A DNA stretch of 32,000 nucleotides from Opitutia bacterium KCR 482 (GCA_029269845.2 CP149973.1:1140001-1172000), one strand, 5' to 3'; shown: positions 22,919 through 32,000, numbered from the stretch's first letter. The notes: generated from the sequence alone by a model not told the origin. Made by a program: numbers and translations.

Positions 22919-23871
22919 TATACGGCGTTTTCCTCCGCCATTTGGGCGCGGATTTGGCGCGTGATTTCGAGCGCGACTTCGAGTGCGCTAAGCCCCAGCT
23001 TTGCGTCCACCTTCGGGCTTTTCTTGTTGACCACGCAGTCGGCAAAGCTTGCAAGTTCGGTTTTGAGCGGCTCGTGCCTTTCAATCGGCACTTCTTCGGG
23101 AATGATTTCCGTGGCGTCCTTGATTCTGATTACATGCCCCTTCTGGTTCATGTAGTCGAGCGACATGTACGTTCCCTTTTGGAAAATTCTGATTTCGCGC
23201 AGTTTTTTGAGGCTTACGCGGCTGACGTTGAGGTTCGCCACGCACTTGTTTTCGAATTGAATGCGTGCGTTTGCAATGTCCTCGCTCTTGCTCAGAACGT
23301 TGACACCCACTGCCTCGATTTTCGAGACGTGCGAGTTTGCGAGTTTTAGCACAACGCCGATGTCGTGAATCATCAAATCGAGCACGACGCCTACTTCCGT
23401 TCCGCGCGGGTTGAACGGCGCGAGCCTGTCGGCGGTGATGAAGCGCGGGTTGTCCACGCGCGATTCCATGAACTCCATGACGGGGTTGAAATGCTCTATG
23501 TGCCCCACCTGCACCACGAGGTTTTTCTCCCGCGCTTTTTTGACGATGAGTTCGGCGTCTTCAACCGACGTGCAGATGGGCTTTTCTATGAGGAGGTCGC
23601 AGCCCTGTTCGAGGAGCGGGAGCGCGACTTCCGTGTGGCGGTCGGTCGGGACGACGACGCTTACCGCATCGCACGCCGCGCCTAGCTCGGCGATTGAATC
23701 GAACACCTTGCAGCCCTCGTATTTCGAGGCAATCTCGATTGCGCGTTCGCGGTTGTTGTCGTAAACGCCGACAAGCTCCGTGGATTCAAGCTCCGCATAG
23801 ATGCGGGCGTGGTGTTGACCGAGGTATCCGACGCCTACGACGCCGCAACGCAGTTTTCCGTCATTATTCAT
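22918..23871 (-). CDS. Gfo/Idh/MocA-family NAD(P)-dependent oxidoreductase (candidate UDP-GlcNAc 3-dehydrogenase GnnA-like)
   Basis: The ATG at 23871 gives MNNDGKLRCGVVGVGYLGQHHARIY (N-terminal Rossmann fold) and the EKP motif (LLIEKPICTS). The stop overlaps the lpxB start by 1 nt. An alternative TTG start at 23919 would overlap the upstream stop. Confidence 0.8.
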   Translation of the reverse strand: MNNDGKLRCGVVGVGYLGQHHARIYAELESTELVGVYDNNRERAIEIASKYEGCKVFDSIAELGAACDAVSVVVPTDRHTEVALPLLEQGCDLLIEKPICTSVEDAELIVKKAREKNLVVQVGHIEHFNPVMEFMESRVDNPRFITADRLAPFNPRGTEVGVVLDLMIHDIGVVLKLANSHVSKIEAVGVNVLSKSEDIANARIQFENKCVANLNVSRVSLKKLREIRIFQKGTYMSLDYMNQKGHVIRIKDATEIIPEEVPIERHEPLKTELASFADCVVNKKSPKVDAKLGLSALEVALEITRQIRAQMAEENAV

Positions 23872-23915
23872 ATGCCCGAAAATTACGCCGCCCGACCGCG
23901 CTTGACAAGCAAATA

Positions 23916-26753
23916 TCAAAGCGAATCCCGCATATCTTCGAGAACCGCCTCCTCGCTTTTGAGGATTTTCACGGGGTTGACTTTCACGTCCACTTCGGGG
24001 TCCGACAGTTTGCCGTCGAGCCGCACTTCCACAGTGTTTGCAATCGGGTTGAGAATGGCGGCAACGCTCGAAACAATCGGCATCGTAAGCCCGCCGAACG
24101 GGCGTATCGCAAGCGAGGCGTCGAGGTCGTCGCGCACGAAGTCGTACGCCGCCGCGCCCTTGATTTGCATGACGGCCCCCCCCATTTCGAGCTTCGGGAA
24201 CTTCACCGCCCCGCCCGAAATCTCGAACGGGCTTAGCGCGTAGGTTATGTCGAACGACCCGAACGGAAGACGCATTGCCGAGAGCGCGCGGGAGAGCACG
24301 CCGAAGAGGTTTAGCCTGATTAGGTCGGCGTTTTCGACGCCCGCGTAGCCGCTTCCGACGGCGTCCTCGAAATGCGCGACGTCGCCTTTAAGCGCAATCG
24401 ACATCGACACCGTTCCGTTTTCGCCGCCGTCGACGATTGACTTCTTTTTTTGCGGCGGCGCGGCGTTTGCGGATTTCTCCCGCGCGTTTTTTTCGTCCGC
24501 GCTTCCGCCGTCCGAGCCGAGCGAGTAGAGGAAATCGGTAAACGCCGCCTGATTCATTTTGTCGGCGCGGAAGCTGCCGTCGAACTCCATCGACTTCTCC
24601 GTTTTGTGAAGCGCGACGGAGCCTTCGGTCTTCCCGCCGCAGAATTCGAACGACGCGTTTTCGATAAGCGTGTCGATTTTGTCGCTTCGGGCGGTAAACT
24701 TCGCCCCGACGAGAGTCGCGACGTTTTCCACGACGGTCTCACCCGCGACCTCCGCCTGCGCGTTAAAGATGTCGGAAAGTTTTTTCGGATTGTTTTCGGG
24801 GTTGCGCAGAAGCGCGGAAAATTTCAGCTTGGGCGGAGATTTGAATTGAACGACGTCGAAGACTTCGCGCACGTCGTCGCCGCCGAGCGCGACAAGTTCC
24901 GACGGCGACAGCTCCGAATCGAACGCAATCCGCTGCTCGTCGAACGACGTTATTCCGTCTTTGAGATAGAGCCACTCTATCGTGCCGTTCGCCCGACGCC
25001 CGCCCGCGTCGATGTCCACGTTGTAGAGCGAAATGCGCTCCGGCGCGACAAGCACGTTCAGCGAAAACGACGAGAACTCAGCTCCCGAATACTCCGCGTC
25101 CGCGCCCGATGCCCGCGCGTAGCACCACATGTATTCGGGCTTCCCCCATGTGCCCTCGACCGACACGTCCGCGTACGGGAAATTTTTGCCGCCCCTGAAT
25201 TTAAAATCCTTCATCACGCGCGTCCACCAGTCCTCCATGAAATGCGCAATCGCCATCGGCCTTATGTTTCCGACGACGCGCACGCGGTACTGCAAAGTGT
25301 CGAAATTCTGAATAAACTCTCCGCCCACGCGCCAGCCCTCGCGCGCGGCGACCGAAAGGTTCTCCGCCCGCATTACCCCGCCCGAATACGAAACGTCGCC
25401 CGAAAGCGCGGAGACGGGAATATTCATCACAAGACAGTTGTCGGCGCGGACGCGCATGCGCACGTCGGCGTCGCCCGATTCCGCCGAGACCCAGCCGCCT
25501 CCCGAAAGCGAAATGCCGTTGGGGAAGTCGAGCTGTTTCAGTTCGGGAATGTCGGCAAGCTCGCGGCGGGCGAGCAGCGGGCGCGGGTCGAAAACGCCGT
25601 CAAAACCGAAGCGCACGCGTCCTTTTTCCGAAACCGAAAATTCTCCGCCGAACCTGTGCGCGCCCATGCTTGCGAAAACCCGCCAGCCCCCCCGCCAGTT
25701 CGCGGTGTCGAGGGAGCTTTTCGAGACCGCGACGTTCCCGATGTCGGTGCCGTCGTACGAAATTTTCTTTGCGGCAATCTCGACGTTTTCAAGCCCGACA
25801 TAGCCGCCGTCGAAAACAACCCCCGCCCGCGCCGAGACGTTTTCGAACGACGGAAACTTTTCCCTCGAAAAATTCTCCGCCGACGCCGAAACCGAAAGCG
25901 AGTCCGTCCCGCGCGTTCCGTCGTACGAGAGCCTTACGCGGAAATTCCTTGCGTCGGCGTCCGCGCCGAGCAGGTCGAAAGTAGCCCCGCCCGCCACGAG
26001 CGCGGCCTCCGCCGAGCACGCGCCGCCGGCGTAGAAGACGAACTCGGCGTTCAGCGCGGGCGCGGAAAACATGTCGGCGTATTTTTTGAATTCGGGAAAC
26101 TTCGACATTGCGGCGTCGAAGCGGCGCGCGGGCGTCGCGGATTGCCCCGCGTCCGCAGAGTCCGCGTCCGACTTCGCGAGAAGTCCGCCGAACGCCGAAG
26201 ACGGGTCGAAATTTTCGTTCACAAAGCCCGAAAGGCTGACCGACACCCCCGCGGAGGAAAAGCGGCACGCGTTTATTTTCCACCATTCGCCGCGCTTGGA
26301 AGCGTCGAAGTAGAGCGATTTTAACGCGGGAGTTTTGTCTACGTCGGCATAGGTCGCCCCGACGCGCCCGTCGATAATCCGCAGGGATTCGGGCACAAAC
26401 TCGCCGCGCAGCAGCGGCGCAAGACCGAGCGTTGCGCACACTTTCCGCGCCTTGAAAAAATCCTCCGGCGTGCCGTTGAAACGCGCCGCGACCGAATCCG
26501 CCTCAATGTTCCCCCTGAAATCAATCCTCAGCGCGGAAATTTCCAAGTCAAGCCCCGCCTCTTCCGCCGCCTCTTCGATTTGCTCGCGGACGAATTCAGG
26601 CAGGCTTATGCGGAAGTCGAAATAGACCGCCGCCGCCAAGGCGCATTGAAACGCAAGCAGCGCGTACAGAAACGCGTTCAATCCGTAGAGCGCGCGCCAA
26701 AACGAGTTCAGAAGAAACGTCGAGACGCGCAGGCCTGTCTTGGTTCGAGCCAC
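23916..26753 (-). CDS. AsmA-family / AsmA-like C-terminal-domain protein (N-terminally anchored large envelope protein)
   Basis: 945 aa with a GTG start. One N-terminal TM helix (LNAFLYALLAFQCALAAAVYF) and a long beta-rich periplasmic region. The C-terminal block FEISGGAVKFPKLEMGGAVMQIKGAAAYDF...LDASLAIRPFG...VRLDGKLSDPEV resembles AsmA_2/TamB-type termini. Assignment is from pattern memory only. Confidence 0.6.
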   Translation of the reverse strand: MARTKTGLRVSTFLLNSFWRALYGLNAFLYALLAFQCALAAAVYFDFRISLPEFVREQIEEAAEEAGLDLEISALRIDFRGNIEADSVAARFNGTPEDFFKARKVCATLGLAPLLRGEFVPESLRIIDGRVGATYADVDKTPALKSLYFDASKRGEWWKINACRFSSAGVSVSLSGFVNENFDPSSAFGGLLAKSDADSADAGQSATPARRFDAAMSKFPEFKKYADMFSAPALNAEFVFYAGGACSAEAALVAGGATFDLLGADADARNFRVRLSYDGTRGTDSLSVSASAENFSREKFPSFENVSARAGVVFDGGYVGLENVEIAAKKISYDGTDIGNVAVSKSSLDTANWRGGWRVFASMGAHRFGGEFSVSEKGRVRFGFDGVFDPRPLLARRELADIPELKQLDFPNGISLSGGGWVSAESGDADVRMRVRADNCLVMNIPVSALSGDVSYSGGVMRAENLSVAAREGWRVGGEFIQNFDTLQYRVRVVGNIRPMAIAHFMEDWWTRVMKDFKFRGGKNFPYADVSVEGTWGKPEYMWCYARASGADAEYSGAEFSSFSLNVLVAPERISLYNVDIDAGGRRANGTIEWLYLKDGITSFDEQRIAFDSELSPSELVALGGDDVREVFDVVQFKSPPKLKFSALLRNPENNPKKLSDIFNAQAEVAGETVVENVATLVGAKFTARSDKIDTLIENASFEFCGGKTEGSVALHKTEKSMEFDGSFRADKMNQAAFTDFLYSLGSDGGSADEKNAREKSANAAPPQKKKSIVDGGENGTVSMSIALKGDVAHFEDAVGSGYAGVENADLIRLNLFGVLSRALSAMRLPFGSFDITYALSPFEISGGAVKFPKLEMGGAVMQIKGAAAYDFVRDDLDASLAIRPFGGLTMPIVSSVAAILNPIANTVEVRLDGKLSDPEVDVKVNPVKILKSEEAVLEDMRDSL

Positions 26754-26757
26754 AATG

Positions 26758-28623
26758 CTATTTTTTTGGCGGAGCTACGGGAGCGGGCTTGCGCAGCTCT
26801 TCGGAAACGACCGAGCCGCGCGTAAATTCGAAAAGCGCGTCGACGAAATCCGCCGTCGGCACGAACACGGAATCGCCGTACAGCCCGTACTGGGTGAGTC
26901 CTCCGAGGCGTTTTGTGAACTTCCAGCCGCGCGTTTCGGAGACGTTTGCGCCCGTGCCGCGCACTTCGAATTCAGCCGAAAGCGCGTACTCCCACGGGAC
27001 GGTTTTCCCGCCGACGGAAACGCCGTTTGCGTCGAACGCGCAGTCGGCATAGTTTTTAACGGCAAAAAGCTTTACGGAATTTACGATTTTTTCCGCCGCG
27101 GCGCGTGTGCGGGCGTCGAGCTTCGAGACCGCCTCCGAAAAATCGCCGTTTTTTGCGTTCAGAGCAAACAGCTCCGCGCCGCCTTTTGAAATTTTCACGG
27201 AGGTCAGAACCGCCTTTTCGGGCAGCATTTCGACGATTTTCGAGCGGTAGCGCAGGAAGTCCGTATCGGCAAGGCTTGCGACGTCGCGGTCTATGCCGAA
27301 AACCGCGTCGGAGTCGGGCGTTTTTGCGTAGACAAGCCCCGCGCCCGAAGCGTCGAAACCGCTCCCCACAACAAGCCCCGCCGACGCGCCGTCGGACATC
27401 GAAACCGTGATTTTAAGCGATTCGGGCGTTATGCCGAAACGCGCCAGATTCTCGCCAGGGGCGTCGCTCACAAAGCTGCGGATTCGCGTTTTGGAAAGGT
27501 TTAACAGCAGCGCGCTGAGAGCGGCGGCGTCCGCCCGCGCAGTCGCCGACGCGCCGTCGCGGCGTTCGCCCGCGACGTCCCAAACGCCGTTTTTGAGCTT
27601 TGCAAAGCGCAGGGTTTTGCCGTTTTTGGAAATGTCCAAACCAGAAACTTTTTCTATGTCGAAGCGCACGGGGGTTTTGTCGCGAAGCGTCGTCTGCAAG
27701 TCGGCAAGGTTCTTGAACGCGGCGGCGTCGAGCGTGAAAATCGTCGGGTTGTCTTCAAGACGCGCGTAGATTTGCGAGCCGTCTTTCGTCTTGCCGCCGA
27801 GCAGCAGCACCTGACGCCTGTTTGTGCCTTCAAGCGTGATTGTGGTGGGCAGCGCCGACACCTCGAAGCCCGCCTCCGCGGGGCTTTCGTTCGAAAAGCT
27901 CTTTGCGGGCAGCTGGCAGATTTCGCCCAGGAACGCCTCCACCTCGTTGCCGTCGGCGGCGGCGACAATCGGGGTTTCGAACTTCCATTTTCCGCCGTCG
28001 CGCACAAGCCCGATTCTGCGGAAATTGCCCTTCATCGACCCCGCCGACTCCGCCGACGGCAGGCGTATTGAAAACGCGGAGACCTCGAAGCGCGGAATGT
28101 CAAAGACATTCTGGTTGCGCAGACGCTCGGTATCGACGACAAGGCTTTCGACAAACTCCCTATCGACCACGATTATCCTGTCGCCGTTTTGGTCGAGCAT
28201 ATAGATTCGGTCGCCCACGGGCGCGCTTTTGCCTATTTTTAGCGTGTACATCTTTTTGCCGTTGCCGTAGCGGAACGTGTAGGCGGGATCGTCCAAGCCG
28301 TATTCGGCGAGCCCGTGCCCGTGCTTGGAAACCTCGGAAAGCGAGAAGCTCGCCTCCCTGTCGAGAAACTCAATCTGGTTTCTGATTCGGTTGACGGCAA
28401 AGAGGTTCGCCGGCCAGTCGATGGGCGAAGTTATGCGCCACTTGTTGTTTTCGAATTTCAGCACGCGCGGCTTGTCTATGCCCCTGCCCGAAATTTCGAG
28501 AACGGTAAACGGCACGGTGTCGGCGGCGGGCGCAGCCGCCGACGGATCGCGTTCAAGCGACCACAGGGCGAAGAACAGCGCGGCGTTCGCCAAGATGAGA
28601 AAAATAGTGAGTCTGAATCGCAT
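26758..28623 (-). CDS. DUF4340 domain protein (GldG-associated), N-terminal membrane anchor
   Basis: The ATG at 28623 gives MRFRLTIFLILANAALFFALWSL, then LKFENNKWRITSPIDWPANLFAVNRIRNQIEFL, typical of DUF4340 proteins encoded next to GldG-like genes. It starts 10 nt after the gldG-like stop. Confidence 0.65.
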   Translation of the reverse strand: MRFRLTIFLILANAALFFALWSLERDPSAAAPAADTVPFTVLEISGRGIDKPRVLKFENNKWRITSPIDWPANLFAVNRIRNQIEFLDREASFSLSEVSKHGHGLAEYGLDDPAYTFRYGNGKKMYTLKIGKSAPVGDRIYMLDQNGDRIIVVDREFVESLVVDTERLRNQNVFDIPRFEVSAFSIRLPSAESAGSMKGNFRRIGLVRDGGKWKFETPIVAAADGNEVEAFLGEICQLPAKSFSNESPAEAGFEVSALPTTITLEGTNRRQVLLLGGKTKDGSQIYARLEDNPTIFTLDAAAFKNLADLQTTLRDKTPVRFDIEKVSGLDISKNGKTLRFAKLKNGVWDVAGERRDGASATARADAAALSALLLNLSKTRIRSFVSDAPGENLARFGITPESLKITVSMSDGASAGLVVGSGFDASGAGLVYAKTPDSDAVFGIDRDVASLADTDFLRYRSKIVEMLPEKAVLTSVKISKGGAELFALNAKNGDFSEAVSKLDARTRAAAEKIVNSVKLFAVKNYADCAFDANGVSVGGKTVPWEYALSAEFEVRGTGANVSETRGWKFTKRLGGLTQYGLYGDSVFVPTADFVDALFEFTRGSVVSEELRKPAPVAPPKK

Positions 28624-28633
28624 ATAAACCTTT

Positions 28634-30112
28634 CTATCGGCGTCGCGCCGCAAAAACCACCATGCAAAGCAGCAAAATCGCCGCGGGAATCGAGAGGAAT
28701 CTCCACGCCAGCGCAAACGCGTCCGACTGCGAAAGCGTCAGCGAAAACGTTTTCAGCGGGCGCGGCGGAATGTTGAGCCTGTTGTTTTCCTCGAACATCC
28801 AGTCCACGACGTTCAGCGCGAGCTTCGAGTTTCCGAGCCTGTTGAACCATTTGTTGGCGACAAAGTTTTCGTCGCCGAAAACCGCGAGCTTCCCGCCGGG
28901 GATATTCAGCCCAAGCTCGCCGCCCGCCGTGCGGGTTGCGACCATCGCGAGCGGGAAAGGCCCGGCCAAGTCGGAGGCTTCGTCGTATTTCTGCATGCCG
29001 CCGCGCGCGTACGATTTCTCGCCCCAGCTTGTCGGTCCGCCGAGAACTATCGGCGAAATTTTCAGTGTTTCGTCAATGGGCGAGCCCAAGTCGGGGCGCA
29101 CGGGGCGGGTAGAGCCGAACTGCACGGGCGTGCCCGAATCTATCAAATACTTCACTATCGGGTGCGGATTTTTCGGGAACGACCTCGCGATGAGGTCGCC
29201 CGACGCGCTTTCGTAGTCGCCGCCCGAATCGAGCACAAGCATGTCGTCGCTCATGATTCCCCACTCGTAGAGAATGTCCTCCAAGCCGAGGAGCGAGCCC
29301 ATTTCCAGAAAGAAAATTCCGCGGCCGTTCGACTTCAAAAGGTACTTTCTGAGCGCGTCGATTTCCCTCGGCAGGAAGGTCGATTTCGCGCCCGCTACAA
29401 CCACCATGTCGGCGTCGTCGGGAACTTCCTTGGTCTCGCTCAAATCAAGCTCCTCGACCTTGTAGTTGCGGGCGGCAAGCGCCGACGCGTACTCCGACAG
29501 TCCCCTCGCGCCGTTCGCGCTTTTGACGCTCATTTCGCCGTGCCCTTTGAGGAAATATATCTTTGTGTCGCGCCCCGCCGACACGTTGAGAATCGCCGAG
29601 CTAATCAGGCTTTCTCCCTTGAAATCCCTGCGCGCGCCGTCCTCGACCCCGTAGAATTCGAGAATCGGAATGCGCTTGAACTTGTTGCCCGACGCCACAA
29701 TCACGCACTCCTCCAAATCGCTGCCGAAACGCGCGGCAAGCTCTTCGGCGCGTTTGTTTTCTATGTGGGCGTTGACGAATTTTGCGCTGACGGGCGCGGT
29801 CTTGTTGGAGGCGTATTCGTACTGGCGGAAGAGCGTGTTGAAGTCGCGGACAATCGCCGCGCTTTCGTTGTCGCTGCGCCCCATGGACACCACCGCGTAA
29901 ATCTCGACGGGCTTGCGCAGGTTCTTGACGTACGCCACGCTTTCGGGCGACAGCGAATTGCGCCTGTTTTCGGACATGTCGAAACGCTGGTAGTGGCGCG
30001 ACGCCGCAAAATTCAGCCCCGCATACAGCGCAATTCCCAGCAGAATCTGAATCCACAGATTGAGGCTGCGCACGCGCGTGGTGATTTTAAAATCCTCGAA
30101 TTTCCCGTTCAT
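28634..30112 (-). CDS. GldG-like ABC-transporter auxiliary component (ABC_transp_aux family)
   Basis: 492 aa with N- and C-terminal TM helices flanking a large periplasmic domain (RFDMSENRRNSLSPESVAYVKNLRKPVEIY...). The start overlaps the permease stop (ATGA). Confidence 0.75.
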   Translation of the reverse strand: MNGKFEDFKITTRVRSLNLWIQILLGIALYAGLNFAASRHYQRFDMSENRRNSLSPESVAYVKNLRKPVEIYAVVSMGRSDNESAAIVRDFNTLFRQYEYASNKTAPVSAKFVNAHIENKRAEELAARFGSDLEECVIVASGNKFKRIPILEFYGVEDGARRDFKGESLISSAILNVSAGRDTKIYFLKGHGEMSVKSANGARGLSEYASALAARNYKVEELDLSETKEVPDDADMVVVAGAKSTFLPREIDALRKYLLKSNGRGIFFLEMGSLLGLEDILYEWGIMSDDMLVLDSGGDYESASGDLIARSFPKNPHPIVKYLIDSGTPVQFGSTRPVRPDLGSPIDETLKISPIVLGGPTSWGEKSYARGGMQKYDEASDLAGPFPLAMVATRTAGGELGLNIPGGKLAVFGDENFVANKWFNRLGNSKLALNVVDWMFEENNRLNIPPRPLKTFSLTLSQSDAFALAWRFLSIPAAILLLCMVVFAARRR

Positions 30113-30870
30113 GTGTTTTTAGACTCCGTTATGAGCGACGTTATCGCCAGAAGCACCGCCGCCGTGCTTATGTAGAAGAAGAACGGGCGCGTATCCAAAA
30201 CCGACGAGATGAAGTCGTCGAAATGCCTGAACGTCCTGAAATATTCGCCCGTTTCGGAAAGCCATGCCGCGCTTTCGGGCATGGGGAATTTCGAGACAAT
30301 TCCGCCCCCTATTATGATGAGGAACAGCATGCAAAAAGACAGCATTCCAGCAACGAGCGTCGTGCGGGTGAGCGAGCTTGCGAAAATCCCCACCGCGACG
30401 TACATCGCCCCGCCCACCGCAATGAACAGGTAGCCCGTCGAAATTTGCGCGATGTCGAAAAAGCGCGGGTCGGCGGCAATCTGGGGCAGGTAGAAGCGCG
30501 AAATTAGCGGGTATGCGAGCGTAGACGCCCACAAAAGCAGGTAGAAAAAGTAGCACGCAATGAATTTTGCCGACACAATCTGGAACGCGGTTATCGGCGT
30601 TGTCATCAGCGCTTCGAGCGTGCCCGCGCGGCGCTCGTCGGCAAGGGTGCGCATTGTAAGCAGCGGCACCATGAAAAGCACGGGAACCCAGAACACCGAA
30701 AGGAAGTTCGCTATCGGCGAATTTTCGCTGGCGACGCGCCCCGCGTCCACAAGCGCAAGCAAGTACATCAACGCCATGAACGCCGAAAACAGGAACGCCG
30801 CAATGTATGTCGACGGCGATATGAACAGCTGCCAAATCTGCTGGCGGACGAGAATTCCGAATCTCCTCAT
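30109..30870 (-). CDS. ABC-2 type transporter permease (GldF-like)
   Basis: 253 aa with 6 predicted TM helices and an ABC-2 family N-terminus (RQQIWQLFISPSTYIAAFLF). ATGA overlaps on both sides. Confidence 0.8.
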   Translation of the reverse strand: MRRFGILVRQQIWQLFISPSTYIAAFLFSAFMALMYLLALVDAGRVASENSPIANFLSVFWVPVLFMVPLLTMRTLADERRAGTLEALMTTPITAFQIVSAKFIACYFFYLLLWASTLAYPLISRFYLPQIAADPRFFDIAQISTGYLFIAVGGAMYVAVGIFASSLTRTTLVAGMLSFCMLFLIIIGGGIVSKFPMPESAAWLSETGEYFRTFRHFDDFISSVLDTRPFFFYISTAAVLLAITSLITESKNT

Positions 30871-31904
30871 TGTCTCTCCTTGTCTATTTCCTCGACCATT
30901 TTCGACGTTTCGGGAAGGTCGCGCAGTTGTTCCCAGCTGCGGCGGGTCGCCGCCATGAAAATCTCCTCCAACGAGGGTTTGCGGTACGCCACAAGGCGCG
31001 TTGCAAGCGCGGCGTCCTTCGACAGCTCGCCGATTATCGCCGCGCCGTAGTTCGAATTTTGCGGCGCGCGCAGAACGTAGCCGTAATATCCGAGCGCGTC
31101 CGCCCCCGAAGCCGACTCAATAGAAAGGTCGAGCTGCATGCGCTTCAAAATGTCGGCGAAGCGTTCGGGCGACGCCTTCAAGCCCACTTCGTACCTGTCG
31201 AACGGAATGAAGTCTTTGCGCAGGCTTGCGGGCGAGCCGCTCGCAACAACCGTCCCCTGGTTTATTATAATCACGCGGTCGCACACAAGCTCGATTTCGG
31301 GCAGGATATGGCTGCTGATTACAACGCTCATCTTGCCGCGCAACGAGCAGATGAGTTCGCGGATTGCGAGAATCTGGTGGGGATCGAGGCCGATTGTCGG
31401 CTCGTCCAAAATAATCACGTCGGGGCGCGAAAGTATTGCGTCGGCTATTCCCACCCTCTGGCGGAAGCCCTTCGACAGATTCCCTATTATCTTTTTCGCC
31501 GCCGAGCGTTTCAGCTGGCAGATTTCCATCGCCTCGTCAACCCGCTTCGAAATCTCCGTTTCGGGAACGTCCTTGATTCCCGCGCGGAAGCGCAGGTATT
31601 CGCCAACGCGCAGGTCTTCGGGCAGGGGGTTGTTTTCGGGCATGAAGGCTATGTGGCGGCGGGCGGAGTCGGGACGGTTCGCCACGCTTATTCCGCAGAT
31701 GTGCACACTCCCCGACGTCGCCGGCATGAGGCCTGCGATTATGCGCATTGTCGTGCTTTTGCCCGCCCCGTTCGGGCCGAGAAAGCCGACGACTTCGCCC
31801 TTGCCTATGCGGAACGATACGTTTTCGACCGCCTTCACCTGTCCGTAGCACTTGGTGAGCCGCCGTACGATTACTGAATTGGGTATGTCGGGGTTGTCTT
31901 CCAT
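30867..31904 (-). CDS. ABC transporter ATP-binding protein (GldA-like, with C-terminal extension)
   Basis: Walker A GPNGAGKSTT, signature LSKGFRQR, Walker B VIILDEPTIGLD, H-loop SSHIL. Confidence 0.92.
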   Translation of the reverse strand: MEDNPDIPNSVIVRRLTKCYGQVKAVENVSFRIGKGEVVGFLGPNGAGKSTTMRIIAGLMPATSGSVHICGISVANRPDSARRHIAFMPENNPLPEDLRVGEYLRFRAGIKDVPETEISKRVDEAMEICQLKRSAAKKIIGNLSKGFRQRVGIADAILSRPDVIILDEPTIGLDPHQILAIRELICSLRGKMSVVISSHILPEIELVCDRVIIINQGTVVASGSPASLRKDFIPFDRYEVGLKASPERFADILKRMQLDLSIESASGADALGYYGYVLRAPQNSNYGAAIIGELSKDAALATRLVAYRKPSLEEIFMAATRRSWEQLRDLPETSKMVEEIDKERQ

Positions 31905-32000
31905 TGAATAAACGGCAAAATCTTTCCGACGCTCCCGCGCGAAAAGACTTTTTTACTTTGAAATTGGGGATAAAACCGCCACTCCTCCCCCCGAATATGC

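Noticed and set aside
24450-26324. 624-aa plus-strand ORF
   Set aside because: It is antisense to the AsmA-like gene. The translation is extremely Arg-rich, typical of the reverse frame of GC-rich genes, and no domain-like motifs are present.
1-32000. Scan for CRISPR arrays, tRNA/rRNA genes, IS elements, integrases, toxin-antitoxin pairs or known defence genes
   Set aside because: No regularly spaced direct repeats, no tRNA-like T-arm (GGTTCGAATCC-type) or rRNA segments, and no transposase, integrase or nuclease-like ORFs were seen. Every sizeable ORF on the supported strand has a housekeeping or envelope assignment.

Overview
High-GC, gene-dense bacterial chromosomal window with about 27 protein-coding genes. 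By eye I found no rRNA, tRNA, CRISPR array, transposase or integrase. The content is mostly core metabolism and envelope biogenesis of a diderm. A PEP-CTERM sorting signal and chlamydial-Pmp-like repeats on a 1,333-aa secreted protein suggest a PVC-type lineage (Verrucomicrobia/Lentisphaerae/Kiritimatiellae-like); this is inference only. Gene order: gltA 3' end (+); porin-feoA-feoB-FeoB-associated Cys-rich peptide operon (-); hemY-hemH-HemX-like-rnr operon (+); small membrane protein (+); glutaredoxin-like gene and hpt (-); sufS (+); giant PEP-CTERM beta-helix protein plus small membrane protein (-); ruvB-FAD oxidoreductase (-); recF-MidA-like methyltransferase (+); and a tightly packed seven-gene envelope operon of ABC ATPase, ABC-2 permease, GldG-like, DUF4340, AsmA-like, Gfo/Idh/MocA oxidoreductase and lpxB (-). 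I see no recognisable defence or mobile system. The best novelty candidates are: (1) the seven-gene operon joining an uncharacterised GldAFG-like/DUF4340 exporter to an AsmA-like lipid-bridge protein and lipid A synthesis; (2) two near-identical 18-21 bp AT-rich palindromes 178 bp apart bounding an AT-rich segment upstream of the giant PEP-CTERM gene (dual operator or MITE-like relic); (3) three helically phased GTTA-N8-TAAC inverted repeats bracketing the predicted promoter of the porin-feoAB operon. Family assignments come from motifs read in the supplied translations. No database search was possible.
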